NCBI GenBank assembly: GCA_964443105.1
Contig: CAYUBU010000244.1
Span: 1 to 34,152, forward strand
Source: an uncultured Nitrospirota bacterium
Lineage (GTDB): Bacteria > CG2-30-53-67
Direction: 5' to 3'
Length of the DNA stretch: 34,152 nt
Part shown: positions 16,720-25,361 of the stretch, piece by piece
Position numbering within the stretch: position 1 is the first letter of the stretch
How the letters are laid out: the number at the start of each line of letters is the position of its first letter
Made by a program: the position numbers and the translations under genes
The notes under the pieces: generated by a model
Told to the model about the DNA's origin: nothing
The model's database searches: none
What the model saw: only the letters and a program-made list of their open reading frames with translations

Positions 16720-17115
16720 TTAGTTGGGGGAAGGTTTCTCTCCATCTTGATTGAGCCTGCTCTTTTCTGCTGAGGTGCCATGCATCCCGTCGCGGCCCGA
16801 CACGGCCGCCGTCAGCCGTTCATCCACCCATCTTTGGAGGCTGGCCACTTCCTTGACCTGCTGGTCGATTCGGTCATAGTCTTCGATGGTCAGGCTGTTC
16901 TGTGCGAGAAGGGCCTTGATGTCCATGACGTCCATCGACGGGTTGATCACGATAACCCGGGTGACCTCCACATAGGCCTCAAGCTGCTGGCGGGGGATAT
17001 TGCCCAATTCTCCGACGGCTCGGTCTTCAGCGAAAATTCCGGCAGGCGACGCCAGAGCGACGATCACAAGAAAGGCGAAATAGACGGCTTTCAGCACCAC
17101 AGGCGAATGATCCAT
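16720..17115 (-). CDS. Hypothetical secreted protein, possibly DUF4168-like.
   Basis: 131 aa. The signal peptide is MDHSPVVLKAVYFAFLVIVALASPAGIFA. The segment QQLEAYVEVTRVI resembles the DUF4168 repeat; that assignment is weak. Confidence 0.6.
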   Translation of the reverse strand: MDHSPVVLKAVYFAFLVIVALASPAGIFAEDRAVGELGNIPRQQLEAYVEVTRVIVINPSMDVMDIKALLAQNSLTIEDYDRIDQQVKEVASLQRWVDERLTAAVSGRDGMHGTSAEKSRLNQDGEKPSPN

Positions 17116-17386
17116 ACCATTTCATGAATGCATCATCGATGCCACTTCACCGGCCTCTCGAACCGTCGGCTCTCAACCTCCTGAAATAGTGGCAGAAATT
17201 ACGGAGCAACGCTCAAGCCTGTTATCGGCAAAAGGCGTCCATTGTAGGAAATTGAATACAATGACGGCAGACCCCTCGTATGATTTTGATAACAGCCTCT
17301 CTGCCCCCACAGGGGGGAAAGGACACAACCGACTTGCCGAAAGATCAGGAATCAAAGTGGCAAGTCAAAAGGGGTAGCATTTTACG

Positions 17387-18355
17387 ATGGGAAGCATGAA
17401 CTTCTTCTTGCCAGCGGTCTTCTTCGTTGCGGGCTTCTTTCTCATGACCTTCGGCGCCAATCATCTGGTGAGGGCCGGCAGCGCCATCGCCGCCTATTTC
17501 CGAATCTCTCCCCTGATCATTGGACTCACCATCGTCTCCTTCGGGACCTCCTTTCCTGAATTCGCGGCAAGCTTCATGGGCGCCCTCCATGGCAGGACCG
17601 ACATCTCCCTGGGCAACGTGGTGGGGAGCAATATCTGCAACTTGGGGCTCGTTCTCGGTGCCGCCGCGATTACCCGGCCAATTCGGGTCCAGTCGGGCTT
17701 GATCCGGCGGGAGATCCCTTTCGTGCTGGCCGTCTCGATCCTCACCTGGATCATGGTCTCAAACGGCGTCATCCAGCGCCTGGAAGGGCTGATGCTGGCC
17801 GCCCTCTTCTGTCTCTTTCTCTGGTACTGCATCGCCTGGGCGAAGCGGGAGGCCGGTATCAGCGACGGCATGCCCGCCGTTGCCGTCATGTCTGCCGCAC
17901 AAAACACCATGAGACTGGTCCTTGGGCTCGGGGCCCTCTTTGCCGGTGCTGAACTGGTCATCCGCTCAGCGGTGGCAATGGCCGAACGCTTTCAGATCAG
18001 CGAAGCGGTCATCGGGTTGACCCTGGTTGCCTTCGGCACCTCACTGCCGGAGCTGGTCACCAGCGTGGTGGCCATGAAGAACGGAGAAGGCGATATCGGG
18101 CTCGGCAACATTCTGGGGAGCAACATCTTCAACCTCCTCTTCGTGCTCGGTGTCACCGCCGCCGTGCGCCCAGTAACCGCCTCTCCCCTCTTTTTCCGGA
18201 CCGACATACCGGTCATGCTCGCTCTGACTGTGTTACTGCTCCCCATGGCCAGAACCCAGCTGCGCATCAGTCGGCGGGAAGGTCTGTTTCTCCTCTCGTC
18301 CTACGGCGCCTATCTGCTCTATTTGATCATTGCCAGGCCCTCAACACTGGGATAG
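17387..18355 (+). CDS. Calcium/sodium (cation) antiporter, CaCA family (YrbG-like).
   Basis: 322 aa with two alpha-repeat signatures, GLTIVSFGTSFPEF and GLTLVAFGTSLPEL, each followed by GNVVGSNI / GNILGSNI. Confidence 0.9.
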   Translation: MGSMNFFLPAVFFVAGFFLMTFGANHLVRAGSAIAAYFRISPLIIGLTIVSFGTSFPEFAASFMGALHGRTDISLGNVVGSNICNLGLVLGAAAITRPIRVQSGLIRREIPFVLAVSILTWIMVSNGVIQRLEGLMLAALFCLFLWYCIAWAKREAGISDGMPAVAVMSAAQNTMRLVLGLGALFAGAELVIRSAVAMAERFQISEAVIGLTLVAFGTSLPELVTSVVAMKNGEGDIGLGNILGSNIFNLLFVLGVTAAVRPVTASPLFFRTDIPVMLALTVLLLPMARTQLRISRREGLFLLSSYGAYLLYLIIARPSTLG

Positions 18356-18384
18356 GAAACCTGCACCGGCAGCACGCAGCCTCG

Positions 18385-18427
18385 GAAATAAAAAAAGCCT
18401 CCAGGGGCTTACTGCCCTGGAGGCTTT
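18385..18427 (-). terminator. Intrinsic terminator of the ftsEX-envC-ctpA operon. It may also stop the convergent CaCA transcript.
   Basis: 13-bp stem AAAGCCTCCAGGG/CCCTGGAGGCTTT with an 8-nt loop. On the minus strand it is followed by a U-rich run (TTTTTTATTT including the stem end). Confidence 0.7.
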
Positions 18428-18461
18428 CCAATAAACTGACGGCAAAAAATACCGGCGGGAA

Positions 18462-19814
18462 TCAGCGAGTCTCGAAAAGAGGTTTCTTCTCTTCAAAGAC
18501 TTTCCAGGCCTTGAGCAGAGAAATCGCCTCCTGCAACTGGTAGTCCTTGGCCTCGGGACTCTCCTCAGGCTCATCGCCGTTCGCATCCATATCCTGCACG
18601 CCCCGCGGTTCTGAACCGTCCGGGATAGTCAGGCCATTCTCTTCGTCCATTTCCGGATTGTCGAGGTGATTCTTCAGATCCGCCTCCTTGAGCCGATGGG
18701 CGGCACTATCGCCGTTCTTAACCACGAGCCGCTCTTCCACCACGATATCCGGCGCAATCCCCACATTCTGAATCGATTTATCCCGGGGAGTATAGTACTT
18801 GGCCGTGGTCAGCCGGAGACCGGAACCGTCGCTCAAGGGGACCACGGTCTGAACCGACCCCTTACCGAAAGTCTGGGTACCCATGACGATGGCCCTGCCC
18901 CAGTCCTGCAGCGCGCCGGACACAATTTCACTGGCGCTGGCGCTCCCGCCGTTAACCAGCACCACCATGGGGACTCGGGGAATATCGTAATCACCGGTCA
19001 CCTTGTAGTCACTCCGGTCCTGGGTCCGCCCCTTGGTGTAGACCACCAGGGTTCCTTTGGGAAGAAACTTGCCGCTGATTTCAACGGCCTCGTCGAGGAG
19101 CCCGCCGGGGTTGTTCCGCATGTCCAGAATAATGGAGTTGACCTGACCTTCTTTCAGCAGTTTCTTCAGCGCGTTTTCCACCTCCTTGCTGCTCCCCTGC
19201 TGAAACTGGGAGAGCCGGATGTAGCCGATCTCCTGCTCCATAACTTTGTGCTTCACGCTTTTCACTTTGATGATGGCCCGTGTAATCGCGAAATTCCGGG
19301 GCTTCTTGAACCCTTTCCGCATAATGGTGAGCGTCACATCGGTGCCCGGCTCTCCCCGCATCAGCTTGACCGCATCCATGAGACTCATGTCCTTGGTCCA
19401 CTGGTTGTCCACCTTGACAATCACGTCACCGGACTTAAGACCGGCCTTATCTCCCGGTGTATCCTCGATGGGCGCGATAATGGTCAGCTGCTTGTCCCGC
19501 AAGGCGATTTGAATGCCGATACCGCCGAATTTCCCCCGCGTGTCCACCTGCAGTTCCTTGTAGGTATCAGGCTCCATGAAGGTGGAATGGGGATCCAGGG
19601 CATCGAGCATCCCCTTGACGGCGCCGTAGATCATCTTCTTGGTATCCACGTCTTCCACGTAATTCTGCTGAACCAGGTGAAGCACCTCGGAGAAAATATT
19701 GAGCTGATCGTAGGTCTCACCCGTTGCCTGCACCCTTTGCTCACGGGAGATCCCCACAACCAGAACGACCAGGAGGAAGAGGACCCCCGTGAATAACAGC
19801 GACTTTCTTTTCAT
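18462..19814 (-). CDS. ctpA: Carboxy-terminal processing protease (S41A peptidase).
   Basis: 450 aa with a signal anchor and a PDZ segment (GGIGIQIALRD...PGDKAGLKSGDVIVKVDN). The catalytic motifs are LVNGGSASASEIVSGALQD and GTQTFGKGSVQ. Confidence 0.92.
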   Translation of the reverse strand: MKRKSLLFTGVLFLLVVLVVGISREQRVQATGETYDQLNIFSEVLHLVQQNYVEDVDTKKMIYGAVKGMLDALDPHSTFMEPDTYKELQVDTRGKFGGIGIQIALRDKQLTIIAPIEDTPGDKAGLKSGDVIVKVDNQWTKDMSLMDAVKLMRGEPGTDVTLTIMRKGFKKPRNFAITRAIIKVKSVKHKVMEQEIGYIRLSQFQQGSSKEVENALKKLLKEGQVNSIILDMRNNPGGLLDEAVEISGKFLPKGTLVVYTKGRTQDRSDYKVTGDYDIPRVPMVVLVNGGSASASEIVSGALQDWGRAIVMGTQTFGKGSVQTVVPLSDGSGLRLTTAKYYTPRDKSIQNVGIAPDIVVEERLVVKNGDSAAHRLKEADLKNHLDNPEMDEENGLTIPDGSEPRGVQDMDANGDEPEESPEAKDYQLQEAISLLKAWKVFEEKKPLFETR

Positions 19815-19892
19815 AAATTCAACCTCCGCACAAAACTAATGAAGCCGATGGAGTCCCTTAAAGAGAAGCGACTCCCCTGGCACGCAACGGAC

Positions 19893-21071
19893 CTATCTGG
19901 CGGCGAGCCAGCCCAGAGGGTCCTCAGGTTCTCCATGGTGACGAATTTCGAAATAGAGCACCGGTCCCTGAAGTGACCCCGTATCCCCCACCTTGCCGAT
20001 GAGCTGACCGCTTTCCACAGCACCCTTGACGGGGACCGAAATTTCTGCAAGATGGGCATACACGGTGAAAAAACCCTTCCCATGGTCCAGGATAACCATC
20101 TTGCCATACCCCTTGAACCAGTCTGCATAAAGGACCGTGCCGTTGTAGACGTTCCGCACATCCTCGCCCCGTTTCGCGGCGATGTTGATCCCTTTGGAAA
20201 AAATATAGGTATTGAACTTTTCATGTTTGTGTTTGCCGAACTCCGTGACCACCGCCCCCTTCACGGGCCAGGCAAGTGCCCCTTTGGCCTCCTTGAAGTT
20301 ACCAAAAAGAGATTCTTTCTTCTCTACGAGATCTTCGATGGTCACCTGGAGAGAGAGGGCTGATACCTCCAGTTCCTCCAGCAGTTCCTTCTGGAGGCCC
20401 TTTTCTTTTCGAATGGCGCTCAACAGCCGGGTCCGCTCATTCCGTTTGGCCAGCACCTCCTTGTTCTTCTCCTTGAAATCGTTCTGGAGAGTGAGGATCT
20501 TTTCCTCCTGGCCGGCCAGGACCGCTTTCTTCTCTGCCAGAGAGGAATAAACCTGTCGGTAACGGTTAATATTGGTGCTGTCCTCTACGGCGAAGACTCT
20601 AATCTGCCGGAACCGTTTAAGCAAATCAACATAACTGCCTGCTGAAAAGAGGGCCTTGACATAGGAATATTTGCCGTGCTTGTAGATCTGCAGCACCTTA
20701 TAGGCCAGGTAGTCCTGGAGGCGTACCAGTTCCCCTTCCAGATCGCCAATCTCCGCCTCCAGCTGCCCCTTCTCGCCCTGGACCCGCTTCAGAGCCGCAT
20801 CATAGGATTGCAGCTGCTCTTCCTTGAGGGCCAGTTTTTTTTCCATGTTCTGGATCTGGGACAGAACCCCTCTTTCTTTTTTTTCAAAGTTCCTTAGAAT
20901 CTTCTTCTTTTCTTGAATGCTCTCCTGCACCTCCCGAAGACTCTCCTCGGTGGCGCCCAGTTCCTGCTGAATTTCCCGCAGTCCCGCCTCACTATCTGCC
21001 GCAGCCATTGAGAGCAGCAGGAGAATCCCTTGAAGCAGAAGAATGGGTCTGTGGAGCCTCAAATTGTTCAA
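19893..21071 (-). CDS. envC: Murein hydrolase activator EnvC-like (coiled coil plus degenerate M23/LytM domain).
   Basis: 392 aa with a signal peptide and a long coiled-coil N-terminal half. The C-terminal M23 fold has degenerate metal ligands (GINIAAKRGEDV instead of HxGxD, and LYFEIRH instead of LHFE). It lies directly downstream of ftsEX. Confidence 0.85.
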   Translation of the reverse strand: MNNLRLHRPILLLQGILLLLSMAAADSEAGLREIQQELGATEESLREVQESIQEKKKILRNFEKKERGVLSQIQNMEKKLALKEEQLQSYDAALKRVQGEKGQLEAEIGDLEGELVRLQDYLAYKVLQIYKHGKYSYVKALFSAGSYVDLLKRFRQIRVFAVEDSTNINRYRQVYSSLAEKKAVLAGQEEKILTLQNDFKEKNKEVLAKRNERTRLLSAIRKEKGLQKELLEELEVSALSLQVTIEDLVEKKESLFGNFKEAKGALAWPVKGAVVTEFGKHKHEKFNTYIFSKGINIAAKRGEDVRNVYNGTVLYADWFKGYGKMVILDHGKGFFTVYAHLAEISVPVKGAVESGQLIGKVGDTGSLQGPVLYFEIRHHGEPEDPLGWLAAR

Positions 21072-21085
21072 CGCCTCTCGCTTCC

Positions 21086-21988
21086 CTAAACCTTCAGATG
21101 CCTTCCCAAAGAGATGAGGCTCCCGAACAGTCCGAGAAGCATCCCGGCCCCGATAATGGACGACAGCATGGGCAGCGACAGGAAAGAGATGGAGATATCC
21201 TGAAGGAAAAACATCCCTGCGCTTTGCCGTACCCGGGGCACCCAGAAGTGGAACAGGCCGAAGAGGAGCCCCAGAGAGACCAGGGCGCCAATGAGCCCCT
21301 GGAAAAAACCTTCCATGAGAAAGGGGCCCTTGATAAACCAGTTGGTGGCCCCGATCAGGCGCATGACCGACAACTCATCCCGTCGGGCATAGACCGTTAA
21401 ACGGACCGTATTGGCAATAATGAAAATGATCGCAACCCCCAGGAGGCCGCCCATGATAAAGCCGATGAGCCTCAGGATCTTCATGAAGGTGAGAAGACTC
21501 CGGGTCCAATCCTGACCATACTGAATTTCGTCGAACTCGCTGATGCGGCCGATCTTCCGGACCAGATGGTCCACGGCCTCCCGGTTCTGGGCCGCCTTGG
21601 AGAGGCTGATTTCAAAGGATGCCGGCAGAGGGTTCCCGTTGAGGCCCTCCACAAGATAGATGGAGTCGGCCTGGTCCTTCTTGAAACGTTCCAGGGCGTC
21701 TTCCTTTGAGACAAATTCAATCCGGGCAATTTCCCGGTTCTCCCACAGGGCTTTCTTGATCTGATCTATCCGGTCCGAATCAAAATCCGCTTTCAGATAG
21801 GCTGTAACTTCCACCTCTTTCACCCAGTTGTTGGTGATGAGGCGAACGTTGGAATAGACGATGAGAAAGGCACCGAAGATCATGAGCGCAAAAGCGATGG
21901 TGACGATGGTGACCACGCTCATGAGCCGGTTCTGCCGGGTGCTTCTCAACCCCTCCTCAACAAAATAGGCCACATCGGCAAACAGCAT
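21086..21988 (-). CDS. ftsX: Cell-division ABC transporter permease FtsX.
   Basis: 300 aa. The topology is a single TM, a periplasmic domain and three C-terminal TMs. It lies immediately downstream of ftsE. Confidence 0.9.
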   Translation of the reverse strand: MLFADVAYFVEEGLRSTRQNRLMSVVTIVTIAFALMIFGAFLIVYSNVRLITNNWVKEVEVTAYLKADFDSDRIDQIKKALWENREIARIEFVSKEDALERFKKDQADSIYLVEGLNGNPLPASFEISLSKAAQNREAVDHLVRKIGRISEFDEIQYGQDWTRSLLTFMKILRLIGFIMGGLLGVAIIFIIANTVRLTVYARRDELSVMRLIGATNWFIKGPFLMEGFFQGLIGALVSLGLLFGLFHFWVPRVRQSAGMFFLQDISISFLSLPMLSSIIGAGMLLGLFGSLISLGRHLKV

Positions 21989-22001
21989 TGTTGCTCCCCT
22001 C

Positions 22002-22724
22002 TCAGATCGACGGCTGTACAGCCGGCCGTTTTATCTCGCCCGTATATCCCACTTGCCGCCCGAGTCCCGTATCCGACATACACTTGCCGCTCTTCATATG
22101 AATGACCCGCTTGTTCATCCGTTTCACGAAATCCATGTTGTGGGTGGCCATCACCACGGTGGTACCCCGAAGATGAATCTCGTTGAGAAGCTCCATGATT
22201 TCATCGGCAACGGCAGTATCAAGGTTTCCCGTCGGTTCATCGGCCAGCAGGATGACCGGATCATTGACCACGGCCCGGGCGATGGCCACCCGCTGCTGTT
22301 CGCCTCCCGAGAGATGAAGGGGGTAGTTGTTGATCTTGTGCTGCAGTCCGACCCGCCTGAGAACATCCCAGGCCCGCCGTTTCATCTCATGTTTCGGCGT
22401 ACCGATCACCCGGAGGGCAAAGGCAAAGTTGTCAAAAACCGACTTGGACCGAATGAGCTTGAAATCCTGAAAAACGACCCCGATGTTCCGCCTCAGGTAG
22501 GGCACGCTCCCTTTGCTCAGCCGTGACAGATCCTTGCCGTGCACCAGGATCTGGCCCTGGTCCGCCTTCTCTTCGCAGTAGATCAGCTTGAGCAGGGTCG
22601 TCTTGCCCGCGCCGCTGGGGCCCGTAATAAAGACAAACTCGCCCTTCTCAATCTGGAGAGAAATCCCTCTGATGGCACTGAAATCCTTCTGGTAATTCTT
22701 GTGCACATCAATCATCTGGATCAT
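22002..22724 (-). CDS. ftsE: Cell-division ABC transporter ATP-binding protein FtsE.
   Basis: Walker A is GPSGAGKTT, the ABC signature is [14 protein letters not shown], and Walker B is [12 protein letters not shown]. Confidence 0.93.
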   Translation of the reverse strand: MIQMIDVHKNYQKDFSAIRGISLQIEKGEFVFITGPSGAGKTTLLKLIYCEEKADQGQILVHGKDLSRLSKGSVPYLRRNIGVVFQDFKLIRSKSVFDNFAFALRVIGTPKHEMKRRAWDVLRRVGLQHKINNYPLHLSGGEQQRVAIARAVVNDPVILLADEPTGNLDTAVADEIMELLNEIHLRGTTVVMATHNMDFVKRMNKRVIHMKSGKCMSDTGLGRQVGYTGEIKRPAVQPSI

Positions 22725-22874
22725 GCCGTCTCTCCCCTATCCATCGCCTCCGCCGGGCCGGGGAACGTCATCCCTCCCGTGCCCCGTAACGCGTCGGCAT
22801 CATCGAATTCTGCCTGGCAAGGCTGGAATACAGGCGTGCGGTAAATCACGTCATCCACAGGCAAGGGCACAGGG

Positions 22875-23213
22875 CTAGTCGTCGGCCCCCGCAAGATAAT
22901 CGAGAATAACTTCGTCGAGACTCTTTTCCTTCGGAGCCTCCTTGGGTCCGGACGCTTCGGCCTTGGTCTCAAACTTACCATCCCTCAGATCCTTGATCAT
23001 CTTCTTGTGCTGATCCTTCATCAAATCCCGGACAGCACTTTCGAGACAATCGACCTTGAGAATATCCGCATAGCTGACCTTTCGGGAACTCAGAATCTTC
23101 CCTTCCCGATAGAGCAGGGTCACAATGACAGGGTTCTTGACGCCGTTGTCTTCGGTCTGGACGTGGAAATTCTTCCCTTTATAAACAAAATCGGTATTAT
23201 AACCCGTTAACAT
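22875..23213 (-). CDS. Hypothetical 112-aa protein with an acidic C-terminus, upstream of ftsEX.
   Basis: I chose the start at ATG 23213 (MLTGYNTDFVYKGKNFHVQTEDNG...) because a good promoter lies inside the longer track ORF (22875-23366). I recognise no family. Confidence 0.5.
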   Translation of the reverse strand: MLTGYNTDFVYKGKNFHVQTEDNGVKNPVIVTLLYREGKILSSRKVSYADILKVDCLESAVRDLMKDQHKKMIKDLRDGKFETKAEASGPKEAPKEKSLDEVILDYLAGADD

Positions 23214-23269
23214 CTCGGGGTTAGCCTTTGCAAAGATGAGAGAAACGGAAATATCCTTTACTTCACAAT

Positions 23270-23299
23270 AATATAGCACATGGTAATTCCGAGTTGCAA
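23270..23299 (-). promoter_or_regulatory. Candidate sigma-70 promoter (TTGCAA-N18-TATATT) for the 112-aa gene.
   Basis: The minus strand reads cTTGCAActcggaattaccatgtgcTATATTattg, about 55 nt upstream of ATG 23213, in a locally AT-rich stretch. Confidence 0.45.
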
Positions 23300-23549
23300 G
23301 ATATAATAAATCCGCGATTGGTCCATTTTTTCCACCCCCTCCCGCCGGAAATCCCCATCCCCTCACCCCGCCGCTCCCTTAAAACGGCCCCCAATCATGC
23401 CCTCCCTTTTTCCGAAAAACGGTATTTTTTCACTTTAGGGGTTGAAAGGGTCGAAAACTTTGACTTAAGATAGGTGCTGTTTAGACAAGAAAGGGTTTAT
23501 TGGGGCCGAAGACCGAAACAGGCCGACCAGTCAACGGGGTGAGCAGAAG

Positions 23550-24056
23550 ATGTCCCGAATCCTCATCGACGGTTTCAATCTGATCCATGCCGCCTCCTTT
23601 CAATCCACGCCGGGAGACAATGAGGTGGCATCCCTGGTCGAATTGCTCCGGCGGTACAAGCGGCTCAAGGGGCACGGAATCACCGTAATCCTCGACGGCT
23701 ACCTGGATGGAATGCCTCTGGAGAAGTCTGAACGGGTGAAAGGGATCGGCCTGATTTATTCCAGGCTCGGGGAAAAGGCCGATCAGGTTATCGAAAGACT
23801 CGTGGGGCGCTGGGCCGGATCATGCGTGGTCATCACCTCCGATCGGGCCCTGGCAGAATCGGTGGAAGCCGCGGGTGCCGTAGTCATGGGATCCGAGGAG
23901 TTTGCCCAACGGCTCCGTATGGTCGAGTACCTCGAAGTAAAGGGGGGCGAGGTCGAGGAGGCACCGCAAGGCCCGATTCATACCCGCAAGAAGGGGAACC
24001 CCAGGAAGAAGTCGAAAAAGGAACGGGCCAGAGCCCGAAGTCTGAAAAAATTGTAA
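23550..24056 (+). CDS. NYN/PIN-like domain protein of the YacP (Rae1) family, with a basic C-terminal tail.
   Basis: 168 aa. MSRILIDGFNLIHA...ITVILDG...VVITSDRAL matches the YacP-like NYN pattern. The tail is rich in K and R. Confidence 0.8.
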   Translation: MSRILIDGFNLIHAASFQSTPGDNEVASLVELLRRYKRLKGHGITVILDGYLDGMPLEKSERVKGIGLIYSRLGEKADQVIERLVGRWAGSCVVITSDRALAESVEAAGAVVMGSEEFAQRLRMVEYLEVKGGEVEEAPQGPIHTRKKGNPRKKSKKERARARSLKKL

Positions 24057-24164
24057 CCGAAAGACGGAGGGAATGATGCAGCCTGCGTCTCCGGGACGGG
24101 AAAGGCTGAAGACCCTTTTCGCCTTGATTTCTCGCAGCTCGACCGGTACGTCTGTTCCCCGGGC

Positions 24165-25145
24165 ATGGTCTCAGGAATCCAAATGGCCAAGGCAGTCACC
24201 ATCACACCATCGGAAGAAGCCCGGGGGAAGCGGATTGACCTCTATCTGGCCCAGGGCTGCCCTGAGCTTGGTCTAACGCGATCCCGTATCCAGGACCTCA
24301 TCCGTGAAGGACAGGTCCGCATCGCAGGAGCCACGATCAAAGCACACCACCGGCTTTCGGGGCATGAGACCATTACCGTGGTGATCCCTGCATTGAAAAC
24401 CCTCGACGTGGGCCCTGCCGACATCCCGCTCCAGATTCTGTACGAAGATCACGATCTGATCGTCATCGACAAACCGGCGGGGCTGGTCGTCCACCCGGCT
24501 CCCGGAAATCTGGAGGGCACGCTGGTCAATGCCCTGCTCCACCACTGCCGTGACCTGTCGGGCATCGGCGGCGTGGAACGGCCGGGCATCGTACATCGCC
24601 TGGACAAGGACACATCGGGGGTGATGGTGGCAGCCAAAAATGACGCCGCACACCAGTCCCTGTCGCGGCAGATCAAAACCCGGCAGGTGAAAAAGATCTA
24701 TGTGGCCCTCGTTCGAGGCGTGGTCCGAAAAGATTCAGACACCCTTGAGATCCCCATCGGCCGCCACCAGCGCCAGCGGAAGAAGATGACCGTGAAGCCC
24801 GCCGGGGGCCGGAGCGCCACAACCCATTTCCAGGTGGAGGAGCGGTTTGACGGCTATTCGCTCCTCTCCGTAACCCTCAGGACCGGTCGCACCCATCAAA
24901 TCCGGGTTCACCTGGCGTCGATCCACCATCCCATCGTGGGAGATCCTCTCTACGGCGGCAGACATTACCGGCTCCTGGAGTCCCGGGGCAAGAAAATGCC
25001 GGTCCCACGACAGATGCTGCACTCCCGGCTCCTCGGCTTTCGCCATCCCGGAACGGCGGATTACATGGAATTCGAAGCGCCGGTTCCGGAAGATATGGCT
25101 GCGGCACTCCGTTTCATTGGATCGGCATCCGGGGCCGGCGGGTGA
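24165..25145 (+). CDS. rluD: 23S rRNA pseudouridine synthase, RluA family (RluD-like).
   Basis: It has an S4 domain (GKRIDLYLAQ...SRSRIQDLIREGQVRIAG) and the catalytic motif HRLDKDTSGVMV. The likely true start is ATG 24183 (MAKAVTITPSEE). Confidence 0.92.
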   Translation: MVSGIQMAKAVTITPSEEARGKRIDLYLAQGCPELGLTRSRIQDLIREGQVRIAGATIKAHHRLSGHETITVVIPALKTLDVGPADIPLQILYEDHDLIVIDKPAGLVVHPAPGNLEGTLVNALLHHCRDLSGIGGVERPGIVHRLDKDTSGVMVAAKNDAAHQSLSRQIKTRQVKKIYVALVRGVVRKDSDTLEIPIGRHQRQRKKMTVKPAGGRSATTHFQVEERFDGYSLLSVTLRTGRTHQIRVHLASIHHPIVGDPLYGGRHYRLLESRGKKMPVPRQMLHSRLLGFRHPGTADYMEFEAPVPEDMAAALRFIGSASGAGG

Positions 25146-25361
25146 GACAAGGACGCGGGCTGCCTTGATCTTCCTGGCCGCCCCGGCTATACTCTGGTCA
25201 ACAGGAGGTGGCATTCCATTAAGAATAAAATTCACGGCAACACGCTGGGACTCAAACCGAGCCAGCTGAAAGGACTGGAGCGGATCTACCGGAGACGGAT
25301 CCCCACAGACCAGGTCATCACCCCGGAGCTCACCCGTTATCTGGCGGAACTCTCCCACGAC

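Noticed and set aside
17219-17366. Nested helices in the 5' region of the CaCA antiporter gene (CTGTTATC/GATAACAG, CGTC-C-ATTGTA/TACAATGACG, GACTTGCC/GGCAAGTC) and an AAAGGGGTAGC resembling the yybP-ykoY 5' motif.
   Set aside because: Stems of 7-8 bp are expected by chance in a 270-nt region. The GGGGAGUAG motif is imperfect and sits 15 nt before a well-supported start codon, where it doubles as the SD and leaves no room for a riboswitch. I could match no known riboswitch class.
18666-19796. 376-aa plus-strand ORF antisense to ctpA. The same reasoning applies to 8721-9494, 24735-25358, 27315-28220, 29634-30611 and 30918-31751.
   Set aside because: All fully overlap genes with strong family signatures on the other strand, lack SDs and have biased composition. 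I treat them as shadow ORFs.
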